64,000 nucleotides of DNA, from contig NC_043000.1 in NCBI RefSeq assembly GCF_006345805.1, positions 127,782,001 through 127,846,000 of the forward strand, read 5' to 3'. Positions 13,587 through 25,442 of the stretch are shown piece after piece (within the stretch, counting starts at the first letter, position 1; each line of letters opens with the position of its first letter). Below the pieces are notes generated by a model. The model worked only from the letters and a program-made list of their open reading frames with translations. It was not told the origin of the DNA and did not search any database. A program made the translations under genes and the position numbers. The DNA is from Octopus sinensis. Lineage: Eukaryota.

Positions 13587-13999
13587 GGATCTTTTCGGTT
13601 TGAACGGCAGTTTTTTCTAGCGGTGTCATATGAAATTGTCACCCATAATTATGACCCTAGTATCGATCTATTGCATTTCAATCTGTTTTAGGGTTAGGTG
13701 TGGGGGAAGGGTATCTTTTTTTTTCTTCGCAAATGTAAATAAACCCAATCTGTTTCTTAAACGAGGGACATATTCATACGGCACAGAATGTTTTTTACCT
13801 CAATAGACGTCACTGATTGGTTGAAATTGCAGAAATTGAAGAAAAAAAAACAACAAATATATTACAAGCTATAGAATTTTCTCAATAAAGCCAAGAGAAA
13901 AAGATGTTTTATAAACACATTCTACCAGTATACGAAGTTTAAAATTTTTTAGTTACCTAGAAATTACGTTAAAAACTGCCGTTCAAACCGAAAAGATCC
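13587..13999. mobile_element. MITE with ~29-bp TIRs starting GG and 8-bp TSD (Merlin-like)
   Basis: TIR ggatcttttcggtttgaacggcagttttt. TSD gacaggtg at 13579-13586 and 14000-14007. Superfamily inferred from GG ends plus the 8-bp TSD. Confidence 0.85.
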
Positions 14000-14162
14000 G
14001 ACAGGTGTAATTAATGGTAGCATTAAGAAGTTCGTTTCGCAACCACGTGGTTCTGATTTCGACATCATTGCTCGACACTTTAAGCAAGTGTTTTGTATTG
14101 TAGCCTTGTGTTAATCTATACCTTGTGTGCAGAATTTTTTCGGCGAAGACTATGTGGAAACT

Positions 14163-14238
<76 letters not shown>

Positions 14239-14919
14239 AGCGGAGTGTGCTTTTTACATTGGCGAAAAAAATAAACATTAACGCTAAAACTAAAAATCCA
14301 GTACTTTTCAGATGAAGATCCTCACAATATTTGTTCTGTATCGAATTACAGACACTCCCTTGTTACTCTTGCAGACGTCAGAAATGCAGAAAATATGTAA
14401 CCAACGACACATTTAATCACCCACTGCTGTATAAAATAAATAAACTCTAGGTCACATTGTCACAAGGAAAGGAAGAGGTTATAAATGATTGCAGAATCTT
14501 CAAAACTGATGCAGAGAAAGGAGACTGATGCATTAGCAAAGAGTACTTCAAGATACCGAGATATGTTTCGAGTGGAGATACAGTCCGAATATTTTCACCA
14601 GAGTGAACTCGGCTCCAAGTGGACAGTAGTGTTAAACTGGACAATGGATAAGATCAACTACCCCTAAAACAAGTAGACCTTCATTGATTCTTTTATAGCT
14701 TTTGCTTCTTCGTGTGGCCGCCATTGAAATGCATCTCATAATGCTAGGCCAGGAATCTCTCTCATTAGCTAATGGTAGACTCACAGTTTTATGGTGCGTG
14801 TTTGCCAACGGCATCAACGTAGTTGAGAGGTCTTCTGTTAGGGTCTTCAAAATATAATACCCGATATGGCCGGTTGTTAATGACCAAAGCTTATCCACAG
14901 TTTGAGCAACAGTTATCGA

Positions 14920-15131
14920 GGGCGGCGAGCTGGCAGAATCGTTAGCACGCAGGGCAAAATGCTTAGCGGTATTTCGTCTGCCGTTATGTTCTGAGTTCAA
15001 ATTCCGCCGAGGTCGACTTTGCCTTTCATCCTTAAGTACCAGTTACACGCTGGGGTCGATGTAATCGACTTAATCCGTTTGTCTGTCCTTGTTTGTCTCC
15101 TCTATGTTTATCCCCCTGATGGAAATAAAAA
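14920..15131 (+). mobile_element. SINE family A, small internal deletion
   Basis: Homologous to 633-865. Confidence 0.88.
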
Positions 15132-16479
15132 TAATTGTAGAGATAGATGCAGAATGTGTCCATAAATCTCCTCTTTGGTTTTGTGTTCAGTCCATGAGAT
15201 GTTTTGAGTCCTAATGAGAAGTTCGAATATATCAATAAAGCCGAAAGCCACAGCCAGTTAGTTTCAACGATAGCTCACATCTTAAGGAGGTCTATGGCTT
15301 CAGACACCTTGGATCCTATTTTGTTGACACTGAAAAAGATTTCCCTATATAGAAGGGACTGCTCTGGGGTGCCTGTAACAAGCTTCAAAACATCTGATAA
15401 TCAAGTATTTCAGAGCTTGCCTTTATCGGGATATGTGTAGAGAGCAGTCTTTTCGAAAGAGCCGAAACCTGAACTATAAAGAATAAAAGTCACCGTGATT
15501 GTACATACCTTACATAGTATTAGTTCGAATGTTATCGATGATTGGGAGGATGAAAGGTTAAGCTGACTTTTGTGAGATTTGAACTCAGAACTAAGGAGAT
15601 ATAACTAAATACAGTAGACATTTATGCCTGACGCAGTAACAATTCGGCCAATTTATTAAACAGTTGCGCAAAACGCTTGAATATAAAAACGAAGCAAAAA
15701 GAAAAGGAAGATGAAATGTTGATGTATGTCATTTGGGAGGGGGACCGCATTTTGAGAAAATGAATAGAGTTCATATTCTCTTTGGATTTAGGTGTGTAGA
15801 ATAGTGAAGGAGAGAGAAGGGAAGGAGGAAGAAAAGAAATGGGTTGAAATATATACGAGAAAGAGGTGAATGCAAAATGATGGACAGGGAATCAAAGATT
15901 TAAGGAGATAGTAGTATAAAGAGAAGTAGTCAGTTAGATATTATATCGGCCAATATTTTTGATGTGTAGGTGTCTACAGGAATGGCATTAAAAAAAACTT
16001 CCCTCTCTTATATCATTTATGTGAGTCAGACGAAAGATAAACAATGAAAGTGAAAGCCCATTGGCTGCTCTCGAGAACTAGGTCTCTCACTCCTCACCCT
16101 CCATCTTTACTACCTCATGGATTTCCCGCGCACGAGCACAGATCTATTGACTCTAAATAATGAAACCCTTTCCTAGATAGTGTGTCTGGCTAAAAAAAAC
16201 GGAGATGCACATTAATATTGACGATGAGACGCATCAATTTAATTCAGTTTATTTATTTCGACGACACAATTACAGAAAACTACAATATAGAAACAGACAA
16301 AACCGAGAATAAAACTTTTGTGACCAAGAGGCCGTGACGAAGGACCTAAATTTACATTATTGTGTCAGGGGCCTTTTGTGATTCACATAACTGAAACAAA
16401 AGAACAACAGTAGTCCCGGGACAAGAGAGAGGAAGGGAGAGAGGAAAATATTTTTATCAGTTTAATATAAAAGGTTCTG

Positions 16480-16900
16480 AGGCGGCGATCTGGCAGAATC
16501 GTTAGCACGCCAAGCGAAATGCTCAGCGGCATTTACTCAATTTTTACGTTCTGAGTTCAAATTCCGCCAAAGTCGACTTTGCCTTTCATCCTTTCGAGGT
16601 CGATAAAATAAGTACCAGTTGAGCACTGGGGTCGATGTAATCTACTTATCCATCCTCCAAAATTGCTGGCTTTGTGCCAAAAATGGAAACCATTATAAAA
16701 ATTCTGATTTAAGATGGCGAGCAAAATGCTTAGCGGCATTTCGTCTGACTTTACGTTCAGAGTTCAAATGCCACCAAGGTCGACTTTGCCTTTCATTCAT
16801 TTGGGGATCGATAAAATATGTACCAGTTGCGTACTGGGGTTGATATAATCAACTTGCCCCACCTCTGAATTGCTGGTTTTGAGCCAAAATTTTAAACCGA
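16480..16900 (+). mobile_element. SINE family A dimer, alternative-tail subfamily
   Basis: Two consecutive units, each ending aattgctgg..tg.gccaaaa. Confidence 0.82.
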
Positions 16901-17723
16901 CATAAAACGTGCTAATCTCGTTTCTTCATTTCCTTCTTCTCATGTGATCCAGCTGAATTATCAGTTGATGCTCTACTTACCAATTTTTTAATGGCTCATG
17001 TCCTTACGAAGCCAATCAAGCAAATATACTTAACTATCAAAATCTATAAAGAAGTTGCTGTTGTTGTTAACCTGATGTCAACCCTGATCGAATGAACTTG
17101 TGATAAAAAAAAAAATATCCCTGTCTTTCAGTTAGACATACTTTATCTTAGGCCAAGTTATTCTGTGAGTCCTTGATTTTTAAAGACGATAAGTGGGGGA
17201 AATTTGGCTCACTATATTAGGTCGAGAGGTTGTTTCTCAACCAGAGTTCACTTTGTCCTCTAGGAGTAATTCCTAGTCCAAAGTGAGGGATTAGATTTTA
17301 TACAAAACATTTTAATCAAAGACAGCAACTGGAATTTTGGAAATTAAAGAGATGTTCCGTACTAGATCAAACGCATCGATTAACAATAAATACAAAGTGA
17401 ATGCGCATGTTAGATTTCTGTCCCATTTTTGATTCTGCGCAAAACTACCAACGCTTCACCATCCTCCATTTTCTTTTGACAAAGACGTTTTAAATCCGAG
17501 CTAATGAATTATAAGGTAAGCTTAAACTGTTTTCTTTTAATTCCGTTTTTAATTTCCATTGAAAATACCGCTGCTTCAATTGTAAATATGTAATTACTTC
17601 CTTAATTTATTAATAAATACTAAGCCAACGTGCTCACATACACGGAAGCAATTAGTGTCGCATGTTTCGCTAGAAAGTACGTCGAGGCACGTCTTCCACA
17701 AAGAAATAAAACAATAATAAAGG

Positions 17724-18929
17724 TATTTCTTTATTATGATTATATAATCACACATAGAAGGACCAATACAGGACATACATGCAAAAAAAACAGTTAAGAG
17801 ATTCGTTTTAAAAATTTTCATTTACATTTGGATTATTCATTATAAAAATAAAAATAAATGTCCTTTACATGACCAGTAGAACAAACAACAGTACATAACT
17901 TATGATCTCACCGAAGTTTTTAACCCCGGCAATTTATAAGGCCCCGCAGCTTTTGTTTCCTCTCCTTCCTCCATAGTCAAGCTGGGTTTCTGACACCCAC
18001 CTTTTTTTCCACTTCCTTCCATCTTTTCTCATACACACGCCGTGGTAAGATCCTCTTTTCCAGCCCCATTTTGCTCTTCAGATGATATCTGAAGTACGTG
18101 AGCAAGCCGGGGCCGGAGACAAAGGATCCTATCGCGGCTCCTTCCATCCTTGTTCTCCACATGCATTCTTTTACTACTGCAACCGTGCAGTGAAAACATG
18201 CCTCACCTTCCTTCGAGAGTCCAGTTGGCGGTATCATCTTAATCATAGACTCAGCCGACAGCTGTACTCGTCCCAGATGCGATAACACGTGTTCTGCGTA
18301 ACTTATCAAGTCGGACAACTTCCGACAGTGAACAAAAGCGTGCTGGACGGTTTCATCGTCCAACTCGCACCTTGGACACGTCGGTGGCACTGAAACTCCG
18401 TGCCGCGATAACTTCTCGCGAACAGGTAAAGCGTTCCTGTAGCACGCCAGGCCAGGGATCTTTGGAAATTATCCAAATACCCCGACCTGAAAGTTTTTTT
18501 AAACAGGTTGGTAAGCTGGTCTTCGTCGAACCCCAGAGCCCCTCCTAGGACGTCGTCGTTTTTTGCCTCTACCAGCCCTCTATAAAATACCGAGGTGGTA
18601 TTTCCGCAGCCGGCCTTGCCCGCCTTGTGGATCAGCGTGAGTGCCTGTCGGCACTCCTTTTGCCATGGAGTCAGTTTCCATCTTTTGATGTAACCGGGTT
18701 TAAAATTCACTAAGGAGGCCGGTCTCGGGGAAAATCCCCCTGCCAGCGGACTCCACACCTTATCACCTTCCAGGTGGTGCCAGAGATGCCTTAGCCTCAA
18801 CGCATGTCTGCGCATCATCAACCAAGGCATTCCTAACCCACCCTTTAACGGTTCCTGGCAGCAAACGGAGCGCCTCACAAGTGGCCTTCCTCCTTTCCAC
18901 AAAAAGCGGAAAAGGATTCGCTCCAACTT
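17724..18929 (-). mobile_element. 5'-truncated Tx1/L1-clade LINE (ORF2 C-terminus with zf-RVT, plus 3'UTR) with 17-bp TSD
   Basis: ORFs 18306-18926 and 17977-18390 (FRFLWKG...KGGLGMP; CPRC...ETVQHAFVHC) are joined by one frameshift near 18445. TSD taaaacaataataaagg at 17707-17723 and 18930-18946. Confidence 0.92.
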
Positions 18930-19273
18930 TAAAACAATAATAAAGGAACATCTTTTTTGGCCGCATTATTTTTAAATCATTTAATCAGATACAAGCAGAG
19001 AGGGTTCGTACATATTTATTAATCTACATTTTAAAACTTTCTTGTTGAATTCCTAAACTCAACTTCAGTTTACTTCGATGTTCGGTCATATTGCAGATTA
19101 CAACAACTACAAGACGACAATCTATAGCTACCCTCAATTGTAGTTTCATTGAAGAGCAGATTACAATCTTTTGCAGATTCCAGTTACATAAAACAGCAAC
19201 CAGGTGAAGACATTGAATCATGTGTCATAGTTCTATAAAGTCTCGCCAGACACTGTAAATTTCGGTCTGCAAC

Positions 19274-19340
<67 letters not shown>

Positions 19341-19347
<7 letters not shown>

Positions 19348-19879
19348 CTGTTCTGTCTGTCTGCGTGTGTGTCTTCTCGGATCTCGGGCATCCTCCATCC
19401 GATTGCGCTCAAATTTGATATGTAGATACCGACGGTATCAGGGCGTGTATAAGTCTTGAAAAAATTACAAAAATCGATTCCAGGTGAGAATGCGATCGAT
19501 AAAGCCGTTTTTGCCCTGCTTTTCGTCTGTCAACCTGTACATAACTGCACCTTCCATTTTTTGTTGTTTTTGTACTGCTTAAAGGCACGTTTCTTTCCTG
19601 CCAAGCTTACTGTTTAAACCATATTTGTGTTCTCCCAGCCTTATTATTTCTGGTACTTTAAACTCTTCGGTTGCATATTTGTGTGAATGAAATCGTTCTT
19701 CTTTGGAATAGAAAAAAGTTTATCTTTATTTCTTCTTTTGCTGGTGTCTCAAATTTAGGTTAAATCAGTGTTTCTCAAAGGGGAGGCCTATGGGACGGTC
19801 GGACAAGTTGTTTTGAGAAAATTTAGTTTAAATGTTTGACAACTCAGCACCGTCCATTGGACGGGGGCGTTTTGCTCGT
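19341..19879 (+). mobile_element. Non-autonomous Helitron
   Basis: 5' atataaaat..tctgtctgtctg; 3' hairpin ccgtcc-att-ggacgg about 10 nt before ctcgt; no TSD; second copy at 35961-36646. Confidence 0.78.
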
Positions 19880-19887
19880 GTATATAT

Positions 19888-20281
19888 ATTATCAATAATA
19901 ATAAAGAGTAAAATTAATTAATTATTTTACCAAGTAGTTCGGTATGTTAAAAGAATCATTATCGGTAAACTTATACATAAAATTTTTATAATTATGAGTA
20001 TAATTATAATTAGGGTTCAGCAAAGATCTGCTTCACCACATACCAAAATTTAGAAATAACAGTTAAAACTAACTATTTCACTATCATGAGAAAAATCTCC
20101 CAAACAGCAATACTCAACAACCCACGTAGGGTGCGTGGGTTGTTGAGTATTGCTGTCTGGGAGATTTTTCTTATGGTAGTGAAATAGATAGTTTTAATTG
20201 CTATTTCTAAATTTCGGTATGTGGTGAAGCAAATTTTTGCTGAACTCTAATTATAATTATACTCATAATTATAAAAATTAT
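19888..20281 (-). mobile_element. Hairpin-plus-tail foldback element (150-bp arms, 3-nt loop)
   Basis: Arms 19980-20128 and 20132-20280, unique tail 19888-19979, TA runs on both sides. Confidence 0.75.
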
Positions 20282-20336
20282 ATATATATAGATAAAATTG
20301 ATCAAAATAAAATAAAAACATGATGCGAAGGATTCA

Positions 20337-20414
20337 GCGGTACATATGTTTCGGGCCTTTATTAGACAGATTTATAACAATGCATAATGTATGTCTGTGG
20401 CCTTCTTCAGCCGC
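20337..20414 (-). ncRNA. Type I minimal hammerhead ribozyme
   Basis: Exact reverse complement of 22166-22243. Confidence 0.75.
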
Positions 20415-22165
20415 GCACAACAGCTTCCACAAGGACATGTGTTACATCAAAAATTCTTGGTTGGGGATGCAAATCCTCTCATTCGCGTACGACATAATGC
20501 GGCAGCAGCATAGAATTGAAGCGTCCATCTCTTTCTTCTCTCAATGTAGAATGAGGAAAATTGGATGTTGAGGTAATGTAAATAAATAAATACATATAGG
20601 CGTGAAGATGGAGGGGCGAGAATTCGGGACGAGGGATAAAAATGTATAAAAGTTGTAAGTATAGAAAAATATAAAAATGTAGAGCATAAAGATATAAAGA
20701 GTATAAGGAGATGTAAAGGGGGTATAAAGAATATAAAGAAATATAAAGAAATATAAATAAATGTAAAGGATAAGGTTATAAAGTAAAAAATAGAAATAGA
20801 AATAAAAGTAAAAAAAACATGATAAAAACATGATAAAAATGTAAAAGAATGTAAGATAAGGGATGTATAGAGGTACGGACCAAGCATGGTGGTCAGGAGA
20901 TGATTAATTTAGTTGTAGAATTGTCAGTAAATCAATTTCGTCTGGGGACCTAATGTGTTGTAAATCAGAGCTGATGAGCATTTAATCTGGTTCCTTGAAT
21001 AAATGGACTTCTAGTACATAATATCATCATGGATACATACACCCACATACACGCGTACATATACGCCTCCAAGCCTATAAGCATACACACGCACTCGCGT
21101 GTAAACATGTACATAACACACACGCACGCGCGTACACATCATACATACAACAGAATATCCGCATGTATACACGGACACTATACGCGTACACATAGGACAC
21201 ACAGCCGTGTTGCGTGCACGTATAGACATTGAAGCGTACGTGATTTTTTAATACGTTTTTTTACATACGTTCTTATAACATCCTTTAATATCTTATATCT
21301 AGACCTAGAGGCGTGGGCATATACGTGTGTGTATGTAGGGATGGGCGCGCGTATTACATGTGAGTGTGTACGCGTATAGTGTCCGTGTATACATGCGGAT
21401 ATTCTGTTGTATGTAATGCATGTGTACGCGCGTGCGTGTGGGTGCGTGTGTGTCTATGTACAGTTTACACGCGAGTGCGTGTGTATGCTTATAGGCTTGG
21501 AGGCGTAATGTACGCGTGTATGTGGGTGTATGTATCCATGATGATATGTATGTACTAGAAGTCCATTTAATTCAAGGAACCAGATTAAATGCTCATCACT
21601 CTGATTTACAACACATTAGGTCCCCAGACGAAACTGTTGATTTACTGACAATTCTACAACTAAATTTATCAATCTCCTGACCACCATGCTTGGTCTCGTA
21701 ACCTCTTACATCCCTTATCTTTACATTCTTTTACATTTTTATCATGTTTTTATCATGTTTTTTTTTACTTTTATTTCTATTTCTATTTTTACTTTATAAC
21801 CTTATGCCTTTACATTTATTTATATTTCTTTATATTCTTTATATTCTTTATACCCCCTTTACATCTCCTTATAACTCTTTATATCTTTATGCTCTACATT
21901 TTTATATTTTTCTATACTTACACCTTTTATACATTTTTTATCCCTCGTCCCGAATTCTCGCCCCTCCATCTTCACGCCTATATTATGTATTTATTTATTT
22001 ACATTACCTCAACATCCAATTTTCCTCATTCTACATTGAGAGAAGAAAGAGATGGACGCTTCAATTCTATGCTGCTGCCGCATTATGTCGTACGCGAATG
22101 AGAGGATTTGCATCCCCAACCAAGAATTTTTGATGTAACACATGTCCTTGTGGAAGCTGTTGTGC

Positions 22166-22243
22166 GCGGCTGAAGAAGGCCACAGACATACATTATGCAT
22201 TGTTATAAATCTGTCTAATAAAGGCCCGAAACATATGTACCGC
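22166..22243 (+). ncRNA. Type I minimal hammerhead ribozyme
   Basis: gcgg-CTGAAGA-aggcc...ggccc-GAAAC-atat-GTA-ccgc. Stem I gcgg/ccgc, palindromic stem III acatatgt, predicted cut after 22239. Confidence 0.78.
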
Positions 22244-22379
22244 TGAATCCTTCGCATCATGTTTTTATTCTATTTTGATCAATTTACTCCACCACCTACA
22301 CCACCAAACGGTATACACAGGTGCTTATAATTATCAAGTACTCACCCCGAATTTCTATATATATAGATAGATAGATATA

Positions 22380-22480
22380 GATCACGTCACGTGATCACGT
22401 GACCGACCAGACCATCAGATGTAGTTACACATCGCTGGTCACAATGCGTTCGCATTGTTTTAGCCTTCGAATGACACCAT
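22380..22480 (-). mobile_element. Short LINE-derived 3'-tail repeat ending in cacgtgat units
   Basis: Shares gctggtcacaatgc with the LINE 3' remnant at about 62960-63000. Confidence 0.5.
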
Positions 22481-23394
22481 ATATATATTCTCAGGGAGAG
22501 AGGGGGAAAACTCCCCGAGAATTCTTTCTTGAATTTGGAGCAAGCTGTCGCCTGTTCCTTATTTGGAAGCCGCAAGACCATTACCAGAGATTGCCATCTC
22601 TTTTCCATTGATCTCTCTAGAACTGTAGCACAAATAGTGTACAGCTTCCTTAACAATTAGCATACTGCTGCCATGATGAGCAAATTAGTTTAAAGATGAA
22701 AATACGGTTTACATTTTTACCATGGCCACATAAATTGTCCAGCAAAGAACGAAACTTTACGCAACTGCAAAATGGCTGGGTATTTTCTGGAGCTAGTCAA
22801 AACAATTACGACATCAGCGTCTAGAACCCTCGTACACTTAGGGCAGGCACATCAATGAAATGAACTTGAAAAAGGTATCAGCGCATTTATAACTAACCAA
22901 TGTATTGGTGTTCCACTCGATTCGGTTAATGTCACCCGTTTTATAGACAAGGATTTCTTTTCGAGAATTCCCCTGTTTCGAACATTGTAGTCATGCTCTT
23001 GAATTATCCTGGAAATTTAATCTAGACAGATTGTTTCTTCATCCTTCTATACAGCAAACATCGCCTTAAGTATCTTTCCTTTATGAAAAGGTGCATAGCC
23101 TGTGCTTTCTACAACTGAAACTAACTTTCTAACTCGGGCGATCGTTAAAAAAAATTCATGTTGCTTGACTTGTTCCAGTATTGCTAACCCCTTGTATTTT
23201 CCCCCAACTCTGCAACGATCTGGAACCAGCCGATACTAAATCTTGTCAGTTCTCTCTTCTTGATGAAAGATTTATTAAGAAGGCGACTAAACGGCCTCAA
23301 GGTGATGGTACTATTAAGCCTTTGATCTCCCCAAATCGATAACTAGTGGTAATAGTAAGAAATAGTAATAGCACAAAACCAGTAAACTGCTATT

Positions 23395-24125
23395 ACTTTT
23401 TAGTTGACAATTCACGTCCCACTATTGAAAATCTCTTACATTCTATTTCCTGCAATATATTCTACTGCAAACTTGATTTGAATGCAGCGTATACCATCAG
23501 ATGCTACACCACAAAGACTATAAGAGATACACTGCATTGAGGCGACGAGCTGGCAGAAACATTAGCACGCCGGGCGAAATGCGTAGCCGTATTTCGTCTG
23601 CCGTTAATGTTCTGAGTTCAAATTCCGCCGAGGTCGACTTTGCCTTTCATCCTTTCGGGGTCGATAAATTAAGTACCAGTTACGTACTGGGGTCGATGTA
23701 ATCGACTTAATCCGTTTGTCTGTCCTTGTTTGTCCCCTCTGTGTTTAGGCTGGCATAATTATTGACATTGGCACTAAAGGATTTAAGGCCTATATCGACC
23801 CGCCGATGGATTACTGGGAAGGAAATCACAAATTCACTAATTAAATTTCCTCATCACTCAACAAGAATCCGGAAAGCACCGGAAAGACTCAGTTTTTGAA
23901 ACGTCAGTAAATGCTGAGAAATCATTTTTGTAATTTCCGGCCTAGATGTCTTTTGATTTACCACTGGTTGATGCGGTCACACACTTTGAGTACTGAAAAT
24001 TAATCATTTGTGCTGAAAGAAAATTTGAAACGTGAAGCAACTGCTGAGAATCAAATCGTTTTATTCGACGCAAACGATCGACTTCTTAACAAGTGTATGC
24101 GTGCTCATGGCTGGGCTGGCTACAA
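23395..24125 (+). mobile_element. Decayed Gypsy-type pol remnant, interrupted by SINE A (23539-23748)
   Basis: PTIENLLHSIS...FYCKLDLNAAY(HQI) RT motif at 23418-23502. The downstream linker resembles FE..K.LL.....D...L..DA...GLG. Confidence 0.55.
23539..23748 (+). mobile_element. SINE family A, young copy
   Basis: Near-consensus and CpG-rich. Confidence 0.9.
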
Positions 24126-24409
24126 GTATTCGATCAAAGTAAAACAACGCATTTGAACTGCAAGTAACAATGATTTTATATGTGTTTGCGCGAGTGTGTG
24201 TGCAGGTGTAAAGATACCATCCATGTATTTCGTTAATAAAATTTAATGCCGATTTTATTTTAAAAAGGCAGTTTTCGTTACCCTCATTGATAGTTACAAG
24301 CTTTCTAATAACGAAATGTATTCAATGTTTGGTGTAATCTAACACTTATTCGTCGTCGTCGGCGTTTTATCGTGTGTCCGTTAATTTATTTGGTATCTTC
24401 TTGAGCACG

Positions 24410-24750
24410 TGTGTCACGTTTACAGTGGATATGGGCTCATGCCCCGTGGACGGCCTTCAGGGTGGCAGAATTCCATGCAAGAGCCTTTATTTATACCTCT
24501 GATGACTAATGCAGCCGATTCTTGCATGGAAGCATCTGTTGCAAAGTTCATAAGGGATCCATGTTGGAGGCTTTAGTTGTTGCAGCCTCCATTTTCTTTC
24601 TTGTCGTTTCTCTTCCTCTTTCGTCTGTCGTTCAACTTCAAAATGATCTGTCACATTGGAGATGGAATGCAGCCAGCCAGGCCTGTCCTGAGCTTCAATG
24701 TCCCAGGCGTTGGGATCGATTCCAGTCTGTGTTATGCGTTGCCGTCCCTA
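24410..24750 (-). mobile_element. RTE-clade LINE 3' fragment
   Basis: Minus translation GIDPNAWDIEAQDRPGW...FEVER...EEKRQERK...CNRCFHARIGCISHQR-stop, then 3'UTR. The same tail recurs at 30767-30845. Confidence 0.8.
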
Positions 24751-25074
24751 ACACTTATTATCAAAGATTTATTTAGAAGCATCTATAACAAAAAGAAACA
24801 GTACGTTATCGCTGAAGACAAGAAATGTGTGTATGTGTATGTGTATGTGTGTATGTGTGTGTGTGTGTATGATGTGTTTGTGTATTGTGTGTGTGCGCGC
24901 ATGTATAAATGAGTACGCAAGTGCGACTGCACATTTTGTATGAGTGTAACTTTTTTTTAAAGATTTATTTTATGCAATGTCAGTTAAGCTTTTTTGTTTT
25001 AACAACTATATCATATAGCCGCGCATTGTCATAGTTTTTGCATTGTTCCTGGGAAGTTGTTAATTGAAATGAAT

Positions 25075-25442
25075 GTGTGGCTGTGTGGTTAAGAAGCTCA
25101 CTTTGCAACGACGTTGTCGCAGGTTCGGTCTTATTGCACGGTACCTTGGGCTAGTGTGTCTCTGATTATTGCTCCGAGCAAGCCAGTGCCTTGTGGGTAA
25201 ATTTCGTATACGGAAACTGTGTGGGAGCCATTGTATATATGTGAGTGTCTTTGTATTTGCATTTGTCCCCTCACCACGGAACATCCAGTATTGGTTTGTT
25301 TACGTCCCTTCAACTTAGCGATTCGGCAAAACAGACCGATAGAATAAGTACCAGACTTGAGAAAAGAAGTACTGGGGTTATGGTTTACAAAACTCTTCAA
25401 GGCAGTGCCCCAGCATGGCCGCAGTTCAATGACTGAAAGAAG
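25075..25442 (+). mobile_element. SINE family B, older subfamily
   Basis: Homologous to family B. Confidence 0.8.

Larger units (their letters stand above)
20293..22355 (+). mobile_element. 2-kb foldback PLE-type element with an HHR in each arm
   Basis: Arms about 20295-21192 and 21365-22285, ~170-bp spacer, ~70-nt unique tail 22286-22355, (TA)n flanks. Confidence 0.8.

Noticed and set aside
20320-20571. Identical 83-aa ORFs at 20320-20571 (+) and 22009-22260 (-)
   Set aside because: A consequence of the inverted repeat; antisense to the HHR, with no recognisable domain.
22480-23340. Possible R4/Dong-like LINE remnant (YK.L.ILE-like word); similar at 14470-14670
   Set aside because: Too degenerate to support by eye.
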